Assembly (NCBI RefSeq): GCF_018350175.1
Contig: NC_058368.1
Span: 67,830,001 to 67,894,000 of the forward strand
Length of the DNA: 64,000 nucleotides
Direction: 5' to 3'
DNA from: Felis catus
Taxonomy: Eukaryota
The notes under the pieces: generated by a model
The model's input: only the letters and a program-made list of their open reading frames with translations
The model's database searches: none
Told to the model about the DNA's origin: nothing
Part shown: positions 11,122 to 21,979 of the stretch, piece after piece
Numbering within the stretch: the stretch's first letter is position 1
How the letters are laid out: the number at the start of each line of letters is the position of its first letter
Program-made: the position numbers and the translations under genes

Positions 11122-12984
11122 TCGTCACCCATTCTTAAGAAAGGAGGAGAGTTATTGATTTTATAGAGTTGCTCTTTTGTGTTTGGAGTAGCATGCTGCT
11201 TTCATAGGGCTGTGGGCATATAAGCATGGTATTTTTTTCTGTGCCATTTCAATGCATCTTGATAGTAAGTCTTTCTGAGATAGTTTTTTTTTTTAAAACC
11301 ATACCAGTGTACAATATTTTCCTTGGTTCCAGCCCAGGTGGTACGTTGAACCACATAGAGCTCTGTTCAGCAAATGCCATCGACATAATAGCGTAGAATT
11401 AATTTATAATGATTTTTAATGTATCCATAGCTTACTGAAAACCCTCTTTCCCTCCAGCTTACGAATATGTCCTTATTAAACTGCTGCATGACATGATGTA
11501 CTTCGATCATTCTGTTGGGGTAAATTCTTCTCAGCAGAAGATCTGAATCTGCCAGTGTTGACAGTTCTTTATTCAAAAGTGTAGTTGCTAGCAGGGTTCT
11601 TTTTAGGAGAAGAGTTTAGATATATTACCCACGAATTCTTAAATGTGTATAAAACCGGGAAAAAATTTTATGGTCTTGTTGGCATTCTGTGATACATGAT
11701 TTGAGTTCTGGGGAATGCAGTTCTCAGTCCTCAGTGGCGCTCCAGAAATGGTTCCTGGTGCTTTATGGTAGCTGTGCAGATATCATTGCGGTGAGAAGGC
11801 ATCCCCTGGTCTCCAGGAAGAGTCACTTCAAATGGGAGTAGGCTTTCTGCTCAGACTTGTTTTGTGAGTCCAGGGAGCACCTATGAGAGAGCGTCCGCTC
11901 ATCTGCTGCTTCTCTGTCCCATACACACCAACTGTGTTTTGTATGTATATAAAACATTTTCTTTAAACAGGGGCTTGCACTCTTTCTGAGTATGCTCATG
12001 CATGGGTAGTCTTAAGGATTTGCAGTAACGCTGCAAATCTTGCTTTTAAGATTTGCTACTTCTACATTTATTCTTTTCTCAAATTGCCTGAGAAGGCGTC
12101 TGCTTTGCAAATTCCTCCCTTACTTTACAAATAAAGGCCTGCTCTTCACCGATCTGAAGTGTTAATGTAGCGCATTTGCCCCAGGATCACAAATATCCCA
12201 TGCACCAGCAAAAGGTCTGCTCAGAAATATTAGTTTTGGAGGAGGGCTCCTCTAACGATTAATCAAGGAAACACACCTGGTGGGTTTCTTGTCTTTCTAG
12301 ATCTTACATATGTTTCTGAGAAGGATGAAGCTAAGCCTTGCAACATAGCGTAGTGGTGCCAGTTCTTTTAAAACTAACATCTGTGTTTTCCAGGACTAAC
12401 AAAGTTTTAAAGATACATTAGATAAGACTGTAAACACATATTTCATGTGGTTCCTTTTGGATTCAGTGCAGTTTTCACTATGATAGTTAAAACCTATTTT
12501 ATCAAAGCATGTCATGAAATAGTGATTTCAGTTAAGGTTGATCTTCATCCTATTTTGTCTTGTAAAATATTTAATATTTCATATCTTTCTGTCAATAAAA
12601 AATTAACTTTTTAAAATTTAAAACTTTGGGGTGACAACTAAAAAATATGTAAAAGGAGTGCCTATATATTTTAGGAGGAATGTGAGCAAAATGTTTTGGA
12701 TAGCACTGAAAAAAGGCCCCCTTGAAACACCATCTGGGATGGTCCAAAGGCCTCTGTTGGCCCCTGGATCATACAAGCTTACCTCTTTTGGTGCGGTCCA
12801 CATGCTGTTTTAAAGCCCCCTGGTTTATCCAGGATTCCCTCTGGGTTGTCTTGTCCAGGAGGATTTCAGAAGCTCACTGCTAGTTTGTGGAAGGCAATGT
12901 CAGAGGGCAGGTTTCCAGGAGATACTTGGTCCATTTCAGAACTTCCCTTTTGCAGGGCCACGGGCCGTAAAAGGCATGTGACCA

Positions 12985-13315
12985 GTCAAAACTGCTGGTG
13001 CTGTGGTAACAAATGACAACCAACATCTTGGTGGCTTACAACTGCCAAAATGTATTTCTTGCTCATGGCACCTGTGCACACAATGAGTCAACTGTGATTG
13101 ACTCGAGTCAATTCTCATTTCACTCGAGAATTCAGGTAGTCTAGGCAAGAGGAAACCAGGCAGACTACAGACTAGATCACACGCAGCGTTGGCCTGGAAG
13201 TGGCATATCTCTTCAGTTTACTTTTCATTGACCAGAGCAAGTTCATGGGCCAAACCTGGTATCAGGGGGTGTATGTGAGGAATCTGGTTCTCTCTTAGGG
13301 AGGAGTAATGAATAT
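12985..13315 (-). mobile_element. Old MaLR LTR (MLT1K/L-like), split by an ERV LTR and an L1
   Basis: gctgtggtaacaaatgacaaccaacatcttggtggcttacaac...aatgtatttcttgctcatg...cattgaccagagcaagttcatgggccaaacc. Confidence 0.65.
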
Positions 13316-13876
13316 TGTCAAAGCAAAATTTATGCTGGACAAAGTTAAAGAGGCAGGGAAGACTTTATTCAAGGACACTGCATTAGACGAGAGAGACCTC
13401 AACAGAATCTGCATTCAACTCTGCTGAACAAAGGGAAGGGGAGGTTTTAAGAGCTGGAGTGGAGGGTAGGGTAGTCATTGGCCATCTCTGTTTGTTCTTT
13501 GGCCTTACCAAAAGGAAAAGTCAATTTTCTTGTATCTTCATGACAGGAGGTAGTTTTAAAATTTGGAGTAAGGGACCCACCAAAGTTAGGCTTCTACTCT
13601 CTACCGAGGAAAAGAAGCCTTCTCTAGAGAGGGCTTCTCTTCCTTGAAGTTGACATTTCAGAGAGTTGGCTGCCAGAACCTTGAGAAACCCTTCCTGGGT
13701 TGCAAAACCAGCAAGAGAATTTTAAAAAGGTTTACATCTCAAAAGGGCAGAGAAAGAATTTATAGTTCAAGTTTTATAATGTAAATGCTTCTAAGATATG
13801 GCAGGGGCCTAGAGTCAGGAAGAAATCTGTGTAAAGTATGGTCCAGTTGAGGGGAATTTTAAGGCCATCTTGGTCA
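13316..13876 (-). mobile_element. ERV1-class solo LTR (MER34/MER39-like)
   Basis: TG...CA termini, 4 bp TSD atat at 13312-13315 and 13877-13880; minus-strand AATAAA (tttatt) near the left end; 561 bp. Confidence 0.8.
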
Positions 13877-15058
13877 ATATTTAAGAACAATAATACATGG
13901 CACAAAAACAGACACATAGACCAATGGAATAGAATAGAAACCCCAGAACTAGACCCACAAACGTATGGCCAACTCATCTTTGACAAAGCAGGAAAGAACA
14001 TCCAATGGAAAAAAGACAGCCTCTTTAACAAATGGTGCTGGGAGAACTGGACAGCAACATGCAGAAGAATGAAACTGGACCACTTTCTTATACCATTCAC
14101 AAAAATAAACTCAAAATGGATAAAGGACCTAAATGTGAGACAGGAAACCATCAAAACCTTAGAGGAGAAAGCAGGAAAAGACCTCTCTGACCTCAGCCGT
14201 AGCAATCTCTTCCTCGACACATCCCCAAAGGCAAGGGAATTAAAAGCAAAAGTGAATTACTGGGACCTTATGAAGATAAAAAGCTTCTGCACAGCAAAGG
14301 AAACAACCAACAAAACTAAAAGGCAACCAACGGAATGGGAAAAGATATTTGCAAATGACATATCGGACAAAGGGCTAGTATCCAAAATCTATAAAGAGCT
14401 CACCAAACTCCACACCCGAAAAACAAATAACCCAGTGAAGAAATGGGCAGAAAACATGAATAGACACTTCTCTAAAGAAGACATCCGGATGGCCAACAGG
14501 CACATGAAAAGATGTTCAGCGTCGCTCCTTATCAGGGAAATACAAATCAAAACCACACTCAGGTATCACCTCACGCCAGTCAGAGTGGCCAAAATGAACA
14601 AATCAGGAGACTATAGATGCTGGAGAGGATGTGGAGAAACGGGAACCCTCTTGCACTGTTGGTGGGAATGCAAATTGGTGCAGCCGCTCTGGAAAGCAGT
14701 GTGGAGGTTCCTCAGAAAATTAAAAATAGACCTACCCTATGACCCAGCAATAGCACTGCTAGGAATTTATCCAAGGGATACAGGAGTACTGATGCATAGG
14801 GCCACTTGTACCCCAATATTCATAGCAGCACTCTCAACAATAGCCAAATTATGGAAAGAGCCTAAATGTCCATCAACTGATGAATGGATAAAGAAATTGT
14901 GGTTTATATACACAATGGAATATTACGTGGCAATGAGAAAAAATGAAATATGGCCTTTTGTAGCAACGTGGATGGAACTGGAGAGTGTGATGCTAAGTGA
15001 AATAAGCCATACAGAGAAAGACAGATACCATATGGTTTCACTCTTATGTGGATCCTGA
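13838..15058 (+). CDS. L1 ORF2p C-terminal fragment (386 aa) fused in frame to 20 upstream non-L1 codons; transposon-derived, not a host gene
   Basis: [14 protein letters not shown]...[10 protein letters not shown]...[18 protein letters not shown] (Cx3Cx7Hx4C zinc knuckle)...[10 protein letters not shown]; lacks endonuclease and RT domains; expression unknown. Confidence 0.5.
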   Translation: MVQLRGILRPSWSIFKNNNTWHKNRHIDQWNRIETPELDPQTYGQLIFDKAGKNIQWKKDSLFNKWCWENWTATCRRMKLDHFLIPFTKINSKWIKDLNVRQETIKTLEEKAGKDLSDLSRSNLFLDTSPKARELKAKVNYWDLMKIKSFCTAKETTNKTKRQPTEWEKIFANDISDKGLVSKIYKELTKLHTRKTNNPVKKWAENMNRHFSKEDIRMANRHMKRCSASLLIREIQIKTTLRYHLTPVRVAKMNKSGDYRCWRGCGETGTLLHCWWECKLVQPLWKAVWRFLRKLKIDLPYDPAIALLGIYPRDTGVLMHRATCTPIFIAALSTIAKLWKEPKCPSTDEWIKKLWFIYTMEYYVAMRKNEIWPFVATWMELESVMLSEISHTEKDRYHMVSLLCGS

Positions 15059-15325
15059 GAAACTTAACAGGAACCCATAGGGGAGGGGAAGGAAAAAATA
15101 AAATAAAAAAAAGAGGTTAGAGTGGGAGAGAGCCAAAGCATAAGAGACTGTTAAAAACTGAGAACAAACTGAGGGTTGATGGGGGGTGGGAGGGAGGAGA
15201 GGGTGGGTGATGGGTATTGAGGAGGGCACCTTTTGGGATGAGCACTGGGTGTTGTATGGAAACCAATTTGTCAATAAATTTCATATAAAAAAAATAAAAA
15301 TACAAATTTTTAATACTGAAAAAAA
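13898..15325 (+). mobile_element. Young 5'-truncated LINE-1 (felid L1)
   Basis: Uninterrupted ORF2 C-terminus, G-rich 3' UTR, AATAAA, A tail; 15 bp TSD aagaacaataataca at 13883-13897 and 15326-15340 at a TT/AAGA endonuclease site. Confidence 0.97.
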
Positions 15326-15358
15326 AAGAACAATAATACAGTCTGTGACAGGGTAGAG

Positions 15359-15360
<2 letters not shown>

Positions 15361-15411
<51 letters not shown>

Positions 15412-15414
15412 TGT
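15361..15414. repeat. (GT)n(GC)n(GT)n microsatellite
   Basis: Directly visible. Confidence 0.97.
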
Positions 15415-15975
15415 GATTTGCTTGATGCTAGCAACAGAAACCGATGCTGGCTGCCTTAAGTGGAAAAATGCCATTTTGAAGACTATCAAACTATTGGGGA
15501 TGGGGACAAAACATGGGAGCTGAAGAACCAGATTTGAAAACCATACCCCACAGGTGCTGAGAAGACAGTCTCTCATCATTGGCAGGGACAGTCTTGTCAG
15601 AACTTCGTCACTGCTGGACAAAACTGTGGCTGCCACCAGGGCACTTCTGCAGTTGCTGTGAATAAAGGCTGGTCACTCCTTCAGTTTTGCTCCAGTCAGA
15701 GTCTGGGCTGGACTGTCTGATTGGTAGAGCCAAGACCACACGCCTTGGATCATGAGGAGGACATTATCTCTCTTACACACCTGTGCCCTGGCTCCTGGGT
15801 AGTCGGCAGTGAATGAGCTCCAACTTTGGCATTGGTAAAAAGAAGTGGGGTCATGAATCCCAGCAAGACTGAACAAAGCTAGAATTATCCTTTTACCCAT
15901 CCGTCCGAAGAGAAGGTTGCATAGACAAATCAGAACAAGACAAAACAAAGAAAAAACGTGCCACTAATGTCCACT
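15415..15975 (-). mobile_element. Ancient MaLR LTR relic (MLT1-like)
   Basis: tgctagcaacagaaaccgatgctggctgccttaag...gtctgattggtagagccaagaccacacgcc. Confidence 0.45.
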
Positions 15976-16289
15976 GCCTGGAGGATGGAGTGGTTGTGGA
16001 GAGAGTTGTAGTAATTGTTTAGCCACCTCGCTCCCGTCTTCTCTGTGGGACGCTTTGATGGCCATTGATGCTGTGACTACCCAACTCCCACTCTCATCAC
16101 TCAGCTTGCTTTGCAGGGCTCTGAGTGGTTAGTCAACATCACATGGAGAAAACTCTCCCTCCTCTAAGTTCCTAGCAGCAAGATGGGGTGAGTGGATGGG
16201 CGAGTCTCTCAAAACCCCACGTGTCTATTAGGAATATGAAAATCTCTGTTAACATAGTAGAGATTTCATAACCTAGTTCCTTCAAAAGA

Positions 16290-16472
16290 GCAGCATGGGG
16301 CCAGTTAGAAAAAGTAGGGTTCAGGACCATGCATGCCCCTTATCTCTCTGAGCTCTAGGTTCCCATCACATAAATGGAGTTTTCATGCATCTTTTGCAAG
16401 GAGTTTTGGGGAACGTATCAGATAATGTCTGTAGAGTGCTCAGAGCTGGCACATTAATATGGTAGCTATTAT
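16290..16472 (+). mobile_element. MIR relic
   Basis: cttatctctctgagctctaggttcccatcacataaatgg...gtgctcagagctggcacattaatatggtagctattatta. Confidence 0.5.
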
Positions 16473-17274
16473 TAGGAAGAGGGACATCTTTAACTCTTCT
16501 ACTTTCTCCTCTGCCAGAGTTATTTAGCCACAGCCTATCAGAGTTCCAGTGTTTGTTCAGGAGGAAGGACAGGAGGAAGTCTATTTTTGAATTGGCTTCT
16601 GGGGGCTGCAGAGTGCCATGTGCTCTCGCTCTATCTTTCCTTATAGCCCGAGGATCTTGCATGTGACTCCCCTGGCCTAAATCAAACAGGGCCAGAAGGG
16701 GCCTGATGTTGTACAGAACAGATTGGGGCATTCGGCCAGGCTGCTGGGTCATTTACTGAGCCTCAGTGCTTTGCAAACATGAAACATCCTGAGGAAGGGT
16801 TTATTAGACGATCTTTCCCATGTCCTCATATTAATGCTGCGTTAATTCTGCTGAATTGTGCAAGTACCCAAGTGTTTCAGGAATAGGTAATTAATTGAAA
16901 TGTTATATGCAAGTGTCATGCATGTGAGTACGTGAGGATTTTTATAGAAATTATTAACATTTTCATGAAAATCCTCTTTGGGCCTCTTTATATATATACA
17001 TATATATGCCTAACGACGTGGTATCTCTGATATATAAATATACTGTGCATGCTTGTGCCTGTGTGTGTGTAAGTGTGAAGTGCTTGATGATGATTAAGAT
17101 TTTATTGGTGTGGGCTTATTTAGATTTTAAGCTGGAAGTTAATATTGAAAAATTTTCCAAGTGTTGTTAAAACTTAACACCATTTTTTTTTTTCGGTTTA
17201 AAGAGTAACTGTCTTAAAAAATCGAACAAATCAGAAGGCTTTATTGGCAGTAATATTGTGTTTCTTAAACTCTG

Positions 17275-17288
17275 GTTGCCTTGGTAAC
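17275..17288. promoter_or_regulatory. RFX X-box motif match GTTGCCTTGGTAAC
   Basis: Strict match to GTNRCCNNRGYAAC in apparently unique sequence; function not shown. Confidence 0.4.
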
Positions 17289-18519
17289 TCTTGGAATATT
17301 AAAATAATCTGGGCCTTTAGACAGTTGAGGACTAGTCTCCTATTTATTTTGGGCCCATGGTGGTGCTAATTAAGCACTCTGTGGGGCATGTAAAGAGAAA
17401 ATGTATGTGCTGTCTAGGGGGGGGGGAAGATGGCAGTGGCAGCCAGGAGTTTGGCTAATTTCTGAGCCCCCAGAGAGAATAGCATCATTGATATGGAGAA
17501 CCATTATCTTTAAGACATATGTGAGTCCTTTTCTGAATGTTTCTGGTGCACAAAGGCACGTCCTTGAGCAGTTATTTGAAGTTACTAGTTTGAAATAGAG
17601 AGCAGAGAGAACCTAATGATCCTGATCCACAGCTGTTATTTTTTTTCTTTAGTTATTGTTCTCTACCCCCACCTTTTCTCAGGGATAACCAGTGCTGAAA
17701 GTGGCAAGGGTCACAGGACACTTCTGAAGAGGGAGCGGCTCTCCCATGTTTATTTATGACCCTCTGCCGAACTGGGTACTGTGATAGGCAGCAACCTTAT
17801 CCTGGAATCAGAATTTCATGGTTGAAATGAAACATACAAGGTTGCTGAGCTCAGCCCACATTTTTCAGATCTGGTGACTGAAGATCTGAGAAGTAGGGAT
17901 TTCAATTCTAAGTTCCTGATTTCCAGAGTGGTGTTTTTTTTCTCTCTCTTTCTGGTTTAGACTGAGGACGGTCCCACCTTTTCCAGTTAAATCAAAGTCC
18001 CGTATTTAAATAACACTGCTGTAGGAAAATTGTTTGGTAGTGTTGGAATTTTAGAAGTTGTCTTGGGAGAGTTATGGCATCACAGAGTGGAAAGGAACCT
18101 TGAGCGAGTATGTAATCCATCATGCCACCTCCAAGCTCTAGCAGAAGTGTTTTTAATACCACACATGCTCTCTGTGCATCTCATCCCAACAGTGAGCTCT
18201 CAAAATGTGTGCAGACACAATGTGAGGAGGGGAGGGCTCAGAAGCAAGGGTGTCTGTCTGAATAACCTGTTTGGCTTACTTAGCATATTTCTGCTAGCCT
18301 GCGTAGTTAAGGTGGTTGCCTACAGTACTGCCGAAGAATGGAATCATGGCTGTGAGGAAGAATTAGATCTTGCTCATGATAAAAGCAAAACTACCTGATT
18401 TGTACTTTAGAGTTTCCACTTGTAGTGTTTCAGGACCATCACATTCATACTGATAACTTGTGTGTTTAATTGCTTAGCAGTTAACTAATGTCGAGCGTAA
18501 GGAACACAAGAAAGAAAAA

Positions 18520-18710
18520 GGGAATAATGAGACTTCCTGTGTGCTGTGTCTGTCTGTCCATCACTGATAGTCCGTCTTCACCATCAGGTGAAGAAGGTAT
18601 CGTTGTCGTCATCTTACAGATGAGGACACTGGGACTCAGGAAGTTTTAGTGCCCTTCTTAAGGAGACAGTTAATCAATGGAGATACTAGAATTTGAATTT
18701 GGCTTGCTGC
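18520..18710 (-). mobile_element. MIR relic
   Basis: catcttacagatgaggacactgggactcagg core motif. Confidence 0.5.
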
Positions 18711-19379
18711 CTGCAACAGAAGAGAAAACTTTCAGTGGAGAAGAGCAACTTGATATGGGCGCAGTTCAGCCTACTTACATTTACTTCCTCTCTCCTAAAA
18801 ATAAGCCATTTCATGTGATCCTGTTAGTGAGCTTCTCCTGCTGGAGCAAAGATGCAGCCAAGGAGTTTCCTTATGTCTGCAGATCCCCTGAAGTTTAAAA
18901 ATGGTGGGATTTTTTTTTTTTTTTAAGGCGAGCAAACTGGAGAAAAGCCAATGAGTAAGGAAAAACTGGAGACACAGATTGATAAAGGCCTCCCTGGGAC
19001 TGTCAAGGGGAACTCAGTGCTGTGCAGGAGGGAAATGGGGATAAGGAGGCAGTGAACCCACTTCCCTGTGTAACTGATAAACATGGAAGTGGTAAAAACG
19101 CTTCTGGATTGTGGGAGCTTAAAAGAACGCAAGATGATTGACAGCAAGTGAGGCCTTGGCATAGCACTGAAAGTAGGTGGAAGAAAATGGGTAGAATCGG
19201 AAAATAGGAAGGGTAGATTAAATAAGGAGCTTATTTGCTATGTGTGTGCATGCACACATACATGGTCCCATGAGACTGTATTAAAATCATTTAAGAACAG
19301 AAAAAGATTGGAAAGATTTACTCTCAGGCCAGGCTGAGATGTCCAGTACACCTACATATAGATTAGATGAGTATCTTTT

Positions 19380-19769
19380 TTTTTAATTTTTTAAATTTTT
19401 ATTTTTTTCAATATATGAAGTTTATTGTCAAATTGGTTTCCATACAACACCCAGTGCTCATCCCAAAAGGTGCCCTCCTCAATACCCATCACCCATCCTC
19501 CCCTCCCTCCCACCCCCCATCAACCCTCAGTTTGTTCTCAGTTTTTAAGAGTCTCTTATGCTTTGGCTCTCTTCCACTCTAACCTCTTTTTTTTTTCCTT
19601 CCCCTCCCCCATGGGTTTCTGTTAAGTTTCTCAGGATCCACATAAGAGTGAAAACATATGGTATCTGTCTTTCTCTGTATGGCTTATTTCACTTAGCATA
19701 ACACTCTCCAGTTCCATCCATGTTGCTACAAAGGGCCATATTTCATTCTTTCTCATTGCCACGTAGTAC
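19380..19769 (-). mobile_element. Young L1 3' end (~390 bp, 5'-truncated)
   Basis: Reverse complement closely matches 14920-15290; 16 bp TSD tagatgagtatctttt at 19364-19379 and 19770-19785. Confidence 0.97.
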
Positions 19770-19894
19770 TAGATGAGTATCTTTTAATGAAGAAATATAA
19801 ACCTTAGATTTTTGGTTAAGACCACGAAATCACACAGTTTTAGGATCAGTTTATGACAGGAAATGCTCAGATATCTAGTTAAAAAGCCAATACT

Positions 19895-20083
19895 GGGGCA
19901 CCTGGGTCGCTCGGACAGTTAAGCATCTTGATTTCAACTCAGGTCATGATCTCATGGTTCATGAGTTTGAGCTCTGCATCAGGCTCTGTGTTGACAGCAT
20001 TGAGCCTGCTTGGTATTCTCTCCCTCTCCCTCTCTCTGCCCCTCCCCTTTTGTACACTCTCTCTCAAAATAAATAAACTTTAA
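19895..20083 (+). mobile_element. SINEC
   Basis: ggggcacctgggtcgctc...aggtcatgatctc...ctctctcaaaataaataaac; degenerate TSD aaaaa(g/t)ccaata(c/t)t. Confidence 0.93.
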
Positions 20084-20578
20084 AAAAATCCAATATTATT
20101 ATATTTATTAAGATGAAACCTTACAGAAGGTGGTTGACATGAAATGCTAAATTTCCAGCTTTCATACCAGCCTCCTTCCTTGGCCCTCCTCTGTTTACCC
20201 CTTCCCATCTCCTGCCTCTTGTGTCTGCCCTGCTCTGGTAGCTTCACGGTTCAGAGCTGGCCTGGTGTGTTCAAAATGCCCTTCCTTCCCTCTTTGGCCA
20301 CAGGGAAGCACCCCCTAGGCTGCGGGCGTTGTTGTGACGGGTCACGGGTCACGGAATGGAACACTCTTCAAGAGCCGCATTTCACACTCTGATTCTTCAT
20401 CCAAGAAGCTTGCTCAGGCCTCCCTGGTTGCTTGAATATCTGTTTTTTTTTTTTTTTATATGATGTTCTCTCAGTGGGCTTCCAAGACATCTCGCAGTAT
20501 ATTAGGATGTCTTGGCAAATTACGAAATTTGTTTTCTGGTCTACACGTGCTGATGTGGTTTGTCTCTAGCTTCTACAG

Positions 20579-21125
20579 CAGAGACTTCCAAACCTCACTG
20601 ATTCCTGAAGCCCTTAGTTTTCAGTAACTTTTTCCCCCTGGGGCTCCTAGGCATAAACCAAACAAATAAACTTAATGATTCTGCTTAAGTGGTTAGGTTC
20701 AGACAATTTAATGAATATTTATTCCAAACTTTTGTAACTGTTAAAAAAATTAATACACATATGTTGAAAGAAAAAATATTTTAATTTAATTCTTAAAAAT
20801 GGAGTGTGTGTACATATTGAGCACTGTGCCACTTCACAAGCCCTGAGATCTGATTGGCTGTTATCACCCTCATTTTCTGTTCCATGGTGATATCCATGTG
20901 ATTCGTGTGTTTTATCACATCAACTGCCCCAAACTCACCTTTGCAAAGATATGATATCATCAAAGGTACATAATGCAGTCTCATGTTGAAACTGTGAACT
21001 ACTTTGACTAGTAACTCATGCAGTGTCTGTCACATGGTGCTGGTTTTCCTCCCAAATTAAAACTACCTTGTGGTGGCCTGTGGGTTCACTGTAGTACCCT
21101 GGAGTATATAGTCTGAGAACCACCA
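20579..21125. mobile_element. hAT-Charlie DNA transposon derivative (MER20B-like)
   Basis: cagagacttccaaac...gcccttagttttcagtaactttttcc...taatacacatatgttgaaagaaaaaata...tgagaaccacc, with Charlie-type termini. Confidence 0.65.
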
Positions 21126-21588
21126 TGTGGCCCTTTGTTTCACCAACAGATCCATTTAGCATAGAGTTCATTTACCAGTTTCCTTTTACCTAATTGCCCT
21201 CAGCATTATATTATACTTTGATTTTATAACAAGCATTAGTTATTGTTTTTTATTAGGACCATAGTAACATTTTTATCTGTGTTTATAAATTATTATTTAC
21301 AATCACTATTATAAGTGTTTCTTAAACTTCCTTAAAATGGTCCCTGTAGAGTTCTGTCCACAAATGGCTCAGATAAATCATCTTGCTTCCAATTGTTAGA
21401 GAAGATGTTATGAGAGCAGAAGAAACCAACAAATTCTTTGTCTTTGTCTCTTGAGATATTGCTCCCCTTGTCTTTTTAATATTAGGCAAAAAATAGGAAG
21501 TATTGACATAATAAACATAGGAAAATGTTAATATTTACCTTTCATTAGGAGCTTACTTTCTGCCAAAGCACCAAGCATTTTGTGTACA

Positions 21589-21658
21589 TTATCTTACTTT
21601 AATCTTTCAGCAATGCTCTATATTTATCTTACTTTAATCTTTCAGCAATGCTCTATAT
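21589..21658. repeat. Perfect 35 bp tandem duplication
   Basis: ttatcttactttaatctttcagcaatgctctatat x2 (21589-21623, 21624-21658). Confidence 0.97.
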
Positions 21659-21890
21659 TCAACCTTTTGAGGAACATTTACTGAGCAGGCGCAATGCGCT
21701 AAGCATTGTTGTAAGGGCTGCAGAGTATAGATGTGAAAAAAACAGGGGGAGCTCTAGCCTCAAATAACTTGCAGTCTAGAATGGGAGACAGTAAACAAAA
21801 ATAGATATAATAGAGTGATAGCAAATAGAAGTGCTACAATTAAGAAAAATAAATAAGATAAAAGGGAAAGAGAAGAATGAAGATGTCATT

Positions 21891-21979
21891 AAAATTTTTT
21901 TTTAATGTTTATTCTTGAGAGAGAGAGAGAGAGAGAGACAGCACGAGTAGGGGAGGGGTAGAGAGAGAGGGAGACACAG
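21891..21979 (-). mobile_element. 5'-truncated SINEC (~90 bp)
   Basis: Only the tail and GA-rich part are present; TSD tg(a/g)agatgtcatt at 21878-21890 and 21980-21992. Confidence 0.9.

Noticed and set aside
13774..14220. 148 aa ORF antisense to L1 ORF2
   Set aside because: Common antisense open frame of L1; a similar one appears at 32770-33000
20482..20515. 10 bp inverted repeat ccaagacatc...gatgtcttgg
   Set aside because: About one or two such stems are expected by chance in 64 kb
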